Source: Octopus vulgaris (lineage: Eukaryota). From it: a stretch of 64,000 nucleotides of DNA. The notes beneath the pieces are model-generated. The model saw only the letters and a program-made list of their open reading frames with translations. It was not told the DNA's origin and did no database searches. A program made the position numbers and the translations under genes. The DNA is taken from contig OX597821.1 in assembly GCA_951406725.2 (NCBI GenBank), forward strand, positions 248,001-312,000. Reading direction: 5' to 3'. Below, in pieces: positions 1 to 14,741 of this stretch. The first letter of the stretch is position 1. Every line of letters starts with the position of its first letter.

Positions 1-81
1 AATATTTTACTATAAAATTGGATTTAATCCTAAATCTGATTTTTCCCTGTAAATTTGGATTTATTCCCTAATATTTATTAT

Positions 82-151
<70 letters not shown>

Positions 152-152
152 G

Positions 153-183
<31 letters not shown>

Positions 184-194
184 GTATATATATG

Positions 195-232
<38 letters not shown>

Positions 233-280
233 TGTATGTATATATATATATGTATATATATGTATGTATATATATATATG

Positions 281-1343
281 TTCATAATGGCCCTCTCAGA
301 CATGCCCTCAGCCACGCAGAGAGCCACGATCACAAGTTATGCAGATGATACAAAAGTTTCACAGGCAATACAGAACCCTGAGGACACTAAACGCCTGCAA
401 TGTGAGCTGGACAAAATATACAAGTGGGCTGAAAAGAATAGCATGCAGTTCAATGCTGAAAAGTTTCAAGCTTTATACTATCAGCATGCAAAACTAAATG
501 CAATACCCAATGAATACACTGGACCCGGAGGAATTGCAATCCCAGAGGCACAATCAGTGCATGACCTGGGTATTTACATGAGTGATGACGCAACCTTTCG
601 TGTACATGTTGCTAAATTGGCAATGAAATGTAGACGACTGGCCGGATGGATTCTCAAAACCTTTAGAACAAGAGAACAAGAAACCATGATGGTCCTCTGG
701 AGGACACTTGTCCTAAGCCACTTTGACTATTGCTTTCAGCTATGGTCACCATCCAGTGTCAAGTTGATCACAGAACTTGATGCGATCCAACGTAGCTACA
801 CGAAGAAGATAGCCTCTGTGCAGAATATAAGCTACTGGAAAAGACTCAAGAGATTAAAACTCTATTCCTTGGAGCATAGGCGAGAAAGATATGCCATAAT
901 ATACATCTGGAAGATCCTGGAGGGACTTATCCCAAACTTTGGCATCGAGAGTTACACAAATGCCAGAACTGGGCGCCACTGCGTGGTGCCTAGGACTCCA
1001 AATTTGCCATCAAGATGTAGGACAAGATACTATGATAGTTTGGGCTTCCGAGGCCCACAGCTCTTCAATATCCTCCCGAAGAACCTAAGAGACCTGCATG
1101 GGGTGGATGCAGATGTCTTTAAAATGAAACTGGATCTCTTCTTGTCAGGTGTCCCAGATGAACCAACTTCACGGCAGGAGGTGCAGATGAGGGCAGCTGC
1201 ATCGAACTCTCTCATGCACCAAATAGCAGTTGCTAAAAAGCATTCGTGAAGTAAAACCATGTAGCAACACCAAATGGCGGTGCCCCAGCATGGCCACAGC
1301 TCGTGAGCTGAAACTAGAATCAATCAATCAATCAATCAATCAA
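281..1343 (+). mobile_element. CR1-like LINE, 5'-truncated 3' end (RT C-terminus), (TCAA)n tail
   Basis: SYADDTK, DLGI and YCFQLWSP motifs. Stop at 1249, then GGCGGTGCCCCAGCATGGCC tail and TCAA repeats. Flanked by (TA)n. Confidence 0.92.
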
Positions 1344-1516
1344 TATATATATGTATATATATATGTATATATGTATATATATGTATATATATGTATATAT
1401 GTATATATATATGTTTTTATGTATATATGTATGTATATATATTTGTATATATATATGTATATATATATATGTATATGATTGATTGATTCTAGTTTCAGCT
1501 CATGAGTGGTGCGACG

Positions 1517-1548
<32 letters not shown>

Positions 1549-1797
1549 GTATATATATATATGTATATATATATATATGTGTATATGTATATATATGTGT
1601 GTATGTAGTATATATATATGTGTATATATACATATATATATGTGTAAATATACATATAGATATGTATATGTTATATATATATGTATATATATATATATGT
1701 ATATTTATATATATATGTATATATGTATATATATATATGTATATTTATATATATATGCATATATGTATATATATATGTATATATGTATGTATATATG

Positions 1798-1829
<32 letters not shown>

Positions 1830-1980
1830 CATGTATATATATGTATATATGTGTATATATGTATATATATGTATATATATGTATATATATACATGTATAT
1901 ATATGTATATATGTGTATATATGTATATATATGTATATATATGTATTAACATGTATATATGTATATATATGTATAATATA

Positions 1981-2025
<45 letters not shown>

Positions 2026-2026
2026 G

Positions 2027-2131
2027 GAAATTAATTGTTATCGCCATATTAATATGGCAGTCTTATAGATATAACAGCTTTAGTCTTATATCTAAAAGAC
2101 TGCCATATTAATATGGCGATAAAATTAATTT
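2027..2131. repeat. ~105-bp foldback hairpin between (TA)n tracts
   Basis: gaaattaattgttatcgccatattaatatggcagtctt ... aagactgccatattaatatggcgataaaattaatttc are near-perfect inverted arms. Confidence 0.85.
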
Positions 2132-2224
2132 CAGTAACGCTGCCGTAATCTCTTTTAGAGAGACTTAGTAATTTTAATATTTCTATTATATATATATGTA
2201 TATATATATATGTATATATATATG

Positions 2225-2273
<49 letters not shown>

Positions 2274-2392
2274 TTATATGTATATATATGTATATATGTA
2301 TATATATGTATTTATATGTATATATGTATATATATGTATTTATATGAATATATGTATATATATGTATTTATATGAATATATGTATATATATG

Positions 2393-2655
<263 letters not shown>

Positions 2656-2656
2656 G

Positions 2657-2727
<71 letters not shown>

Positions 2728-2748
2728 GTATATATGTATTTATATGTA

Positions 2749-2857
<109 letters not shown>

Positions 2858-2866
2858 CATATATAT

Positions 2867-3826
2867 AAATCCTTAAATCCTTAAAAATGTTTTAGTTCGA
2901 AGGCCGCGGCCATGCTGGGGCACCACCACTGAATGAGCTACACTAATTTGTGAATCCACCTCTGATACGTGGCACTTGATCAACAAGGGAGTTCGATGCT
3001 GCTGCCCGCATCTGCATCTCCTGTCGTGAGGTAGGTTCATCTGGGACTCCCGACAAGAAGAGATCCAGTTTAGCTTTAAAGAAACCCACATCCACACCAT
3101 GTAAGTCTCTCAGGCATTTAGGGAGGATGTTAAAGAGCTGTGTTCCTCTGAAACCCAAGCTGTTGCAGTATCTGGACCTGTATTTTGATGGTGATGTTGG
3201 AATCCTTGGCACCATGCAGTGGCGCCCCGTTCTGCGGTTGGGGTAACTTTGAATGCCAAAGTTTGGGACAAAACCCTCCTGGATTTTCCAGATGTATATC
3301 ACCGCATATCTCTCCCGCCTCCGCTCTAGGGAGAAGAGGTTTAATACCTTCAGTCTTTCCCAGTAGCTGACATTTTGCATTGAGACGATTTTCTTTGTGT
3401 AGCTTCTCTAAATTGCTTCGAGTTCTGCTGTTAGTTTTATATTGTGTGGTGACCACAGTTGGGAGCAGTAGTCCAAGTGGCTGAGGATGAATGTTTTCCA
3501 TAGGACCATCAGTGTCTCCTTCTCTCTTGTTCTGAAAGTTCGGAGAATCCATCCAACTAGCCATCTGCATTTTATCACCAGATTAGCAATATGCACTTGG
3601 AAAGATGCATCATTGCTCATGTCAATGCCCAGGTCACGCACTGATTTTGACTCAGGGATTGCAATTCTTCCTGGGCCAGTGTATCCAGTTTGCACGTCGT
3701 TTACCTTTGTGTGCCAGTAGCGCAGGACCTTTAACTTACCTGCATTAAACTGCATGTTGTTGTCCTCAGCCCACCTGTATATTGTGTCCAACTCCTGTTG
3801 CAGATGCACAATATTTTCAGGGTTTT
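2867..3826 (-). mobile_element. CR1-like LINE 3' fragment (subfamily with GGATTTAA tail)
   Basis: ORFs 3408-3809 and 2943-3380 encode the RT C-terminus, split by one stop. Same family as 36978-38569. Confidence 0.92.
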
Positions 3827-3833
3827 GTATATA

Positions 3834-3886
<53 letters not shown>

Positions 3887-3969
3887 TTATATGTATATAT
3901 GTATTTATATGTATTTATATGTATATATGTATTTATATGTATATATGTATTTATATATATATATGTATG

Positions 3970-4178
<209 letters not shown>

Positions 4179-4231
4179 ATATATATGTATATATATATAT
4201 GTATATATATATGTATATATGTATATGTATG

Positions 4232-5012
<781 letters not shown>

Positions 5013-5200
5013 TATATATATGTATATATATATGTGTATATATATATATATGTATGTATATGTATATATATGTATGTATATATATATATATGTATATATA
5101 TATGTGTATATATATATATGTGTGTATATATATATGTGTATATATATATATGTGTATATATATATATATGTGTATATATATATATGTATATGTATATATG

Positions 5201-5231
<31 letters not shown>

Positions 5232-5250
5232 GTATTTATATGTATATATG

Positions 5251-5315
<65 letters not shown>

Positions 5316-5393
5316 GTATATATATATATGTATTTATATGTATATATGTATATATATGTATATGTATTTATATGTATTTATATGTATTTATAT

Positions 5394-6036
5394 GGGGGGG
5401 CAAAGGAAAGTGATTGCGTCACTCATAGCCTCTCCTCTCCAGGTGTAATGATCGCTGCAGAACTTCTACTTGGCTGCGCCTTGTGGAAAGTTCTTGCTAA
5501 TGGCCTCTCCTGCACTACTGTGTCCACAGCAGCACCTTCACGCGGTACCCCCTGTTCTCACTGAGCCTGCTGTGTGGCGCGACCGGGTGCTTGGCGGTAT
5601 AACCAGGTGGGCAGGCTGGGCTCGTTAGCCTTGGTTGGCAGCCAGTCTAGGAGAAGGAAAACTCTGACTCCAAACCCTCGCTCCGCTGCCTTGCGGATGC
5701 TCTTGGGAGAGGGAAAGGCTATGGGAGTAAACCCAGACAGAAAATCCGGAGTGGAGCCCCGAAGGCGGTAGGGTGTCGAATCTCGACCCCTTTCCGGCAA
5801 CTCCTGCAGCCAACCAGACTCCAAACGTACTGCACTGCATTCCTTTGGATTATGTCTGGGGGGCCGAGAGGAGATTCTGGTGTCTGGGCAGCCCAGTGTC
5901 TTCGTTTCTACCGCCCAGGCTTGCGCCATGGAGAAACTACTCCATCGATGGAACAAGCTGAGATGGCAGTTACGAGTTATAAGCCAGGGTGAATTGGTGT
6001 AATCCCGGGCGCTACGGGCCGTCTCTAACGGTGGGG
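5394..6036 (+). mobile_element. GC-rich retroelement fragment resembling an RTE-type LINE 5' UTR
   Basis: GC-rich island in (TA)n. The motif gcagccagtctaggagaaggaaaactctga resembles RTE 5' UTRs (recalled, not searched). No ORF. Confidence 0.45.
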
Positions 6037-6116
6037 TATATATATGTATATGTATTTATATGTATATATATATATGTATATATGTATATATATATATGTA
6101 TATGTATTTATATGTA

Positions 6117-6158
<42 letters not shown>

Positions 6159-6260
6159 ATTATATATATATATATATATATGTATGTATATATATGTATA
6201 TGTATTTATATGTATATATGTATATATATATATGTATATGTATTTATATGTATATATGTG

Positions 6261-6299
<39 letters not shown>

Positions 6300-6316
6300 G
6301 TATATATATGTATATA

Positions 6317-6375
<59 letters not shown>

Positions 6376-6649
6376 ATATGTATATGTATATATATGTATA
6401 TATATATGTATATGTAGTTCATTGATATATATATATATATATCAAACTCCATTCTTCACCAAGTGCCATATATTAGTGGACACTCTTAGTAATAACAGTG
6501 TAGCACAAAATGGCGGTGCATCAGCATGGCTGCAGCTCTGAGCTGAAGCTAGAAAAAAAGGAAAAAAAAAAGAAATATACATGCATATATATATTTATAT
6601 ATACACATACATGCATATATATATACATGCATAGATATATATATTTTTT

Positions 6650-8075
6650 TTATTTATCTAGTTTCAGATCAGAAGCTGTGGCCATGCTGGGGCACTGCCA
6701 TTCGGTGTTGCTACATGATTTTACTTCGCGAGTGCTTTTTAGTAATTGCCATTTGGTTCATGAGGGAGCATAGAGCATAGAGCTTGAAACTTTTCAGCAT
6801 TGAACTGCATGCTATTCTTTTCAGCCCACTTGTATATTTTGTCCAGCTCACATTGCAGGTGTTTAGTGTCTTCAGGGTTCTGTATTGCCTGTGAAACTTT
6901 TGTATTATCTGCATAACTTGTCATTGTGGCTCTCTGTGTGGCTGAGGGCATGTCTGAGAGGGCCATTGTGAACAGTAGTGGTCCCAGAACAGTGCCTTGC
7001 GGAACACTGCTCACTATTTGCTTGTTAATACTACCACCTGACTTCTATCCTTCAGAAAGTCATGAAGCCATTCTCCCAATTTTCCACCTATGCCAAGATC
7101 ACTCAGTTTGTGACATAGCATTCCATGATTGACTTTATCAAAAGCCTTTGCAAAGTCGAGATATATAACTCCCACATTTGAGTGATTGAGCAGTCGTTTC
7201 AGCACCCAGTCATAGTGTTGTAGGAGCTGAGTTAAGCAGCTTCTTCCTGGTCGGAAACCATGTTGGGTGTCAGGCAGCAAGTCATTTTCTTCAAGGAAGG
7301 TGATTAGTTTCCTTCTGACTATTCGTTCCATGACCTTGCTGATGTGTGAGGTCAGAGAGATAGGTCTGTAGTTCTTGGCCTCCGCTCTGCTACCTCCTTT
7401 ATGAATAGGGCATATTTTACCTTCCTTCAGTTTTCTTGGAAGTTTGCCAGTTGCAAGGAAGCTCTGAAAGAGGAACTGCAATGGTCTTGCTAGGACTCTC
7501 TTACATACTTTTCGAAGGATTGCTGGGAATCCATCTGGGCCAGTAGCTGAGTTTGTTTTCATTTCATCAATAGCCTTTATTACATCGTCTTCCTTTATAT
7601 TGATGTAATCAATCATCGCTGCCTCTGATTTTATATCTGCAGTGGTAAAGAAGTCAGTTGGATTGCTGACTTGAAAATGCCCTAGGGGTGGCGTGAAAAT
7701 ACTCTTGAATTGCTCATTTAGTATTTCACTTACCCTCATTGGATTTCCTGTGAGTGTGCCATCCTTTTCAAGGAGTGGCCCTATCCTACAGTGCACCATA
7801 GCTGTTTCTTTGGCATACCTGTAGAAAGCTCTGGGGTTAGATTTTATGTTGTCTATAGCCCAGGCTTCTTTGTCTGCCCTTTCTTTTTCATGGGAGAGTT
7901 GCAGCCAATTTTCAATTTCGAACAGTTTTATTTTTAGGCGGGACTTTTCACTGCTTTCAATTTGTTTGTTTAGGCGATTTGAAACTTTTGTACGCAGTCT
8001 CATTAGAATTTTCCTCTCTCTGGGGATTTTGCTCTTGTGTACAGTGGCCTTTCTCTCTGGGACACATTTGTAGGG
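6650..8075 (-). mobile_element. CR1-like LINE fragment (RT domain, internal deletions, YADN)
   Basis: ORF 7014-8081 ([27 protein letters not shown]) and ORF 6739-7014 (VPQGTVLGP, YADN). CR1 tail at ~6650-6720. Confidence 0.92.
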
Positions 8076-8081
8076 GGACAC

Positions 8082-8123
<42 letters not shown>

Positions 8124-8160
8124 ATATCTCTCTCTCTATATATATATTTATATATATATG

Positions 8161-8257
<97 letters not shown>

Positions 8258-8259
8258 GT

Positions 8260-11200
8260 AGGCGGCCCATGCTAGATATAAAGTCATCTCGTTGTTGCCC
8301 AAGACAGCGGTAGGATTCGCTTGCTGCATGGGTGTCTGAGCAGCTCCATTTGGAGAGGGCACTGCTCACCTGGAGACCGGGGAGGTTCTAGAAAAGGTGA
8401 ACCAAAAATTGCCTGTCTTTCCATATCTGATCAGTTTAGTGCGACTGACGGATGTCCACCCTGCGCTCGAAAAACAAAGAGTCTTTTATCTATAAAATCT
8501 GGACGGAACTTAAACATTTCATGTTGGAATGTGCGCACAAGAGTGATTGCAGGCCTGAAAGACGCTCTGCACTTGTTGCTCATGAGCAGAACCATTATAA
8601 AATTGATATTTGCTGCACTCTCAGAGACTCGTATAGAAGGTGATGGTCAGCTTGAGGAAGTAGGAGGTGGATACACCTTTTTTTGGAAAGGAAGGCAGAA
8701 GAAGGAGCGCAAAGAGGCTGGTGTTGGTTTTGCAGTCCGATCTGATATCCTGAAGAAGTTGGAAGAGCTCCCTATTCCTATAAATGAACATATAATGACC
8801 CTACTGTTGCACTTGAGAGGTAAGCAGTTTGCTACTCTAATAAGTGCCTATGCACCTACTTTGACTAGCTGTGATGAAGATAAAACAAACTTTTATACCC
8901 AGCTGAGAGCCATACTTGGAAAAATCCCCAATTCTGATAAAGTCATTCTACTGAGGGATTTTAATGCCAGAGTTGGAACAGACTGGCAAACATGGAACTC
9001 TCTAGGACGTTTTGGAGTAGGGAAAATGAATAGCAATGGTCTCATGCTACTGGAGCTTTGCGAAGAACATGGACTTTACATTGCAAGCACTCATTTTGTG
9101 CACAAAGGTGATCATACAGCAACATGGATGCATCCAAGGTCCAAAGTTTGGCACTTGCTGGATTATGTCATCATCTACAAGTGTGACATTTATGACATTT
9201 GTAATGTCAAGTCCTTGCATGGATCAGAATTCTGGACAGACCACAGTCTGGTGCGAGCAAAGTTCCAAATGGTGATTAGGGTGAAAAAGAGAAGAGGACC
9301 AGTCAGCATTCCTTGCCGTCTAAATGTCCACAAGGTATTTGATGTTGTGGTTAGGAAAGAGCTTCAGTCTCGCTTGTCCAGCATTGAAACTGGTGCAGGA
9401 TGGGAAGATTTTCGAGACCAGGTTGTTCAATGAGCAGCCGAAACACTGGGGTATGTTACTGCCAGACACAGAGACTGGTTTGATGAGAATGATGCTGAAA
9501 TTCAGTGACAATTAGTGGTAAAGCGCCATGCCCACAGTGTGTTGCTGCACAGAACTGTCTACTGTACAGCGAAGTCTAGCACTTGCCCACTATAACAGTG
9601 GAAAATCACTACTGCAGCGATCTCTCAGGAAGATGCAGAACACTTAATGGGAGGATCTTGCTTGTGATGTTCAGGCTGCTGCTGATGCAAATGACAGCAA
9701 GAAGCTTTACCATCTTATGAAGCGAGCTTATGGACCTAAGAGCTCCACATCAGCTCCTTTGCTTTCCAAGGAGTCTTCCACTCTGTTTACTAAATCAACA
9801 GAAATCACAGGTCGCTGGATCGGACACTTCTCTGAACTCCTAAACCATGAGTCAGTTGTGGATGAAACAGTGATTGATACTATGAAACAAAGACCTATCA
9901 TTGGCTCCTTAGACTCCTCGCCCTCAATAGATGAAGTAATGACATCAATAAGTAAATTGAATCTTGGTAGGGCACCTGGAAAGGATGGAATTTGTGCTGA
10001 GATCTTGCGATTTGGTGGTAATTGCATCACACAGTCCCTTCATGAACTTATTAGTGCAGTCTGGAGGGATGGTGCAATCCCTAAGGACTGGAAGGATGCA
10101 ATTATTCTTCCTCTATATAAAGGAAAAGGAGCCAGAACAATGTGTGGTAACTACAGAGGTATTGCTCTACTATCAGCTGCTGGCAAATATTCGTCTGAAT
10201 GGGTGTCTCGTAAATGATGTCCTATCTGAATCCCAATGTGGCTTCCGATCTGGTAGAGGGACAATGGATATGATTTTCACAGCAAGACAGATGCAGGAGA
10301 AGTGCTATGAGAAGGTATTCATTGATTTAACTAAGGTCTTTGATACTGTAAATAGGGCCTTTCTATGGAAAATACTTGGCAAACTTGGATGTCCGGATCA
10401 CTTTGTATCTATAATTAAATCATTTCATGATGGGATGGAGGCTTGGGTCAATGTTGGTGGTGCCATGACGGAACCCATTCCTGTGGAGAATGGTGTTAAG
10501 CAGGGTGACATCCTTGCCCCAACTCTCTTTTCTTTGTACTTTGCTGCTACTTTTACTCATGCTTTTGCTAAGGTTAGCTCTCTGGGAATATATGTCAGAT
10601 ATCGATCTTCTGGCCGCCTCTTTAATCTTCGCCGATTTGCTGCCAATTCAAAGGTTTCCCAGTCTATTATTCGTGACCTCCTTTATGCAGATGACTGTGA
10701 CTTAGTCACTCATACAGTGGATGACATGCAAATACTCATGAATTGCATTTCTGCTTCTTGCAGGGTACTTGGACTCAGCATTAGCCTGGACAAGACTGTT
10801 GTAATGTTCCAGCCAGCACCAGGAAATCCATATATAGAACCAGCTATCTTGGTTGAAAGAACAATTCTGAAGGTAATAGACAAGTTTGTCTACCTGGGCA
10901 GCACACTCAGCCGTTCTTGCTCCCTGGATGAGGAAATATCTTTCAGGTTGCAGAGAGCAACTAATTCCTTCCGGTCTCTTCAGTCTCGTGTCTGGTCCCA
11001 ACATGGCATCGCAAGGAGAACAAAAGTTGCTGTGTACCGTGCTTGTGTACTGACATCGCTTCTCTACTCATGTGAGACATGGACTCTGTACAAACGTCAG
11101 GTAAGCGTCCTTGAACGTTTTCATCAGAGATGTCGCAGACACATTCTCAATGTTGGCTGGACCTCAAAAATTCCAGACACATAGATCCTGAGGACAGCTG

Positions 11201-11703
11201 ATATCTTGAGTATTGAGGCGATGGTGCACAAGCACCGGTTGCGTTGGACTGGACACCTTATTAGAATGAACAATAGAAGGATTCTTAAGCAGATGCTCTA
11301 TGGAGAACTTGTGAATGGAAGGAGACTCCGTCAGAAACCAAGGCTGCGATTTAAAGACTGTGTCAAGTCCTCATTAAAGGTCTGTGATATGCAGGACACT
11401 GACTGGGAGAACAATGCCTGTCATCGTCACAGATGGAGGAAGCAGGTTAAGGAGGGGATCGACACTTTTGAGAGAGAATGTATCCAGCATGAAGAACTTA
11501 AGCGTGCTGCGCGAAAGTGCACGGCTCATATAGTGAATGGGGAAAGCTTGGTCTGCAATGTTTGCAGTCGTGTATGCTTGTCAAGAGCAGGGCTCATTAG
11601 CCACCAACGGAGCCACAAATGCAAGATATAAGTTAGTCCTAGAGTGCACAATGTTCCTGAAGGTTGGCAATGGTCTTCCTCGGTCACGAGTGGACGGCTA
11701 TCA
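8260..11703 (+). mobile_element. Full-length RTE-clade LINE (APE endonuclease, RT, C-terminal C2H2), inactivated
   Basis: WNVRT, LSETR, DFNARVG, TDH (APE); QCGFR, GVKQG, LLYADD, YLGS (RT); CNVC...HQRSH. Several stops and frameshifts. (TA)n on both sides. Confidence 0.95.
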
Positions 11704-11729
11704 TATATACACATGTATATGCTTACATG

Positions 11730-11790
<61 letters not shown>

Positions 11791-12048
11791 ATGCATACAT
11801 GTATATATATATACACATGTATATGCATGCATATATATATAGGCATATATGTATATATATGCATATATATATATATGCATATATATGTATATATATATAT
11901 GTGCATATATATATATATATGCATATATATGTATATATATATGTGCATATATATATATATGCATATATATATATGTATATATATATATGCATATATATAT
12001 ATATGCATATATATATATGCATATATATATATATGCATATATATATAT

Positions 12049-12131
<83 letters not shown>

Positions 12132-12386
12132 CATATAAATGTATATGCATATTTATATATACATATATATATACACATACACAACACACATATATATATA
12201 CACATATATGTATATGCATATTTATATATACATATATATATATATACATATATATATAACTACAAAATTAGAAAATGGAGAAACATACTTAAATCAATAA
12301 AACATCAACTATCAGATGATACCCAATCATGGATATATGTTATCCCATGGTGGGTTGAATTTTCAACCCCTATCTCATTTTATTAC

Positions 12387-12415
<29 letters not shown>

Positions 12416-12418
<3 letters not shown>

Positions 12419-13420
12419 GACTTTGTGCTGAAACAACTGTTCAACCACTCAAATGTGGAAGTGATATATCTTGACTTTGCAAAGGCCTTTGATAAAGTCG
12501 TCATTGAATGATATGTCACAAACTGCGTGATCTTGGCATAGTTGGAAAATTGGGTGAATGGCTTCATGACTTTCTGAAGGATAGAAGTCAGGTGATAGTA
12601 GCCAATGGGGCCACCTCCGATGACATGCAAATAGTGAGTGGTGTTTCACAAGGCACTGTTTTGGGACCACAACTGTTCACAATGGCCCTCTCAGACATGC
12701 CCTCAGCCACACAGAGAGCCACAATGACAAGTTATGCAGATAATACAAAAGTTTCACAGGTAATACAGAACCCTGAAGACACCATGCACCTGCAATGTGA
12801 GCTGGATGAAATATACAAGTGGGCTGAAAAGAATAGCATGCAGTTCAATGCTGAAAAGTTTCAAGCTTTATACTATCAGCATGCAAAACTAAATGCAACA
12901 CCCAATAAATACACTGGACCTGGAGGGATTGCAATCCCAGAGGCACAATCAGTGCGAGACATGGGCATTTACATGAGTAATGATGCAACCTTTCATGCGC
13001 ATATTGCTAAATTGGCAATAACCGGATGCATTCTTAGAACTTTTAGAACAAGAGACCAGGAAATCATGATGGTCCTCTGGAGGACACTTGTCCTAAGCCA
13101 CTTTGACTATTGCTCTCAGCTATGGTCACCAACTAGTGTCAAATTAATCTCAGAACTTGAGGCAATCCAACGAAGCTACACAAAGAAGGTAGCCTTTATG
13201 CAGCATAAAAGCTATTGGGCAAGGGTCAAGAGATTAAGACTCTATTCCTTAGAGCGTAGGCAAGAAAGATATGCCAAAATATACATCTGGAAGATCCTGG
13301 AAGGACTTGTCTCAAATTTTGGTATTGAGAGTTACACAAATACTAGAACTGGGCGCCACTGCATAGTACCAAGGACTCCAAATTTGCTATCAAGATGTAA
13401 GACAAGATACTGCAACAGAC
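12416..13420 (+). mobile_element. CR1-like LINE fragment (RT, YADN), truncated at both ends
   Basis: ORF 12508-13590 is CR1 RT sequence until it runs into (TA)n. Confidence 0.9.
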
Positions 13421-13646
13421 TTATGCTTATATATATATGCATATATATATACATATATATATATATACATATATATATATATGCATATATATATATATAC
13501 ATATATATATGCATATATATATACATATATATATGCATATATATATATATGAATATATATATATATATGAATATATATACATATATATGAATATATATAT
13601 ATATATATGAATATATATACATATATATGAATATATATATATATAT

Positions 13647-13689
<43 letters not shown>

Positions 13690-13794
13690 TATATGCATAT
13701 TATACAAATATATATATACATATATATATGCATATTATACAAATATATATATACATATATATATGCATATTATACAAATATATATACATACATA

Positions 13795-14470
13795 TCAAAC
13801 TAAAGTTATTGAACAAACAAATGCAAGGTCATCCGCATAGCATTTCATAATTCGAACATTTAATCATAGAATATACATATAAACATCACGGAAGATGGAA
13901 CATAATTCATCTGTACAAGCATACAAGCATATAATAATAATAATAAAGTGCAAGAAAAAAATGTTTTCATCACAGTTGAGAGTTAATACTTTAGCGATTC
14001 AGAAAAATACATTTAAAAAACAAAAATCGTTACAACACCTAGAAAGTAAAAATATAATATAATATATAAAAATATATAAAATATATATATATACACATAT
14101 AGGAGCATATAAAAAATATATAATATACATCATGTAAATAAAATAAAAGTTCATCGTTTAGAAATCTTATTAAATAATTATTCAAGTAAAAGAAGCCTTA
14201 TAGTTAAAAAGGGAACCATATTTACTTATCCCTATGGCCATTTCAGGGGTGTATTATGTTTAAAGCACTAGGGTGCATCCAGATAATACCTCCTTCGTCA
14301 GGGGAAAAAAATATATATACATAAAGATAGACATCATCGCGTACCAAGCCAGCACAATGTTGTTTGCTTTCCTATTGAGGCATTCATGCTCAGATAGCCC
14401 AAAAGAATAGCAGTCCTATTAATCTTTTTGTTCCTGACAAGAAACAATCACTGTATTATTGATATTGATA
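13795..14470 (-). mobile_element. Probable Penelope-like pseudo-LTR remnant carrying a hammerhead
   Basis: Unique AT-rich island between (TA)n tracts, containing a minimal type I hammerhead with palindromic stem III. Confidence 0.55.
14229..14305 (-). ncRNA. Type I hammerhead ribozyme (minimal stem III, PLE type)
   Basis: TCCC-CTGACGA-AGGAGGTATTAT...ATAATACACCCCT-GAAA-TGGCCA-TA-GGGA. Intact core, AUA cleavage triplet. Confidence 0.8.
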
Positions 14471-14741
14471 CAAATATATATATATATACATATATATATA
14501 TATGCATATATATATACAAATATATATATACATATATATATGCATATATATACATATATATATATACATATATATATGCATATATACACAAATATATAAA
14601 TACATATATATATGCATATATACACAAATATATAAATACATATATATATGCATATATACACAAATATATATATACAAATATATATGCATATATATACAAA
14701 TATATGCATATATATATACATAATTATATGAATATATATAG

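Noticed and set aside
5394-5510. Possible HDV-like ribozyme at RTE-like 5' ends (also 8260-8340)
   Set aside because: A P4-like hairpin and GCTAA are present, but I could not assemble the P1/P1.1/P2/P3 double pseudoknot by eye. Needs a motif search.
12300-12380. CAGATGA plus a hairpin in a short island
   Set aside because: Both core strands deviate (CAGATGA, GAAT); too degenerate to call.
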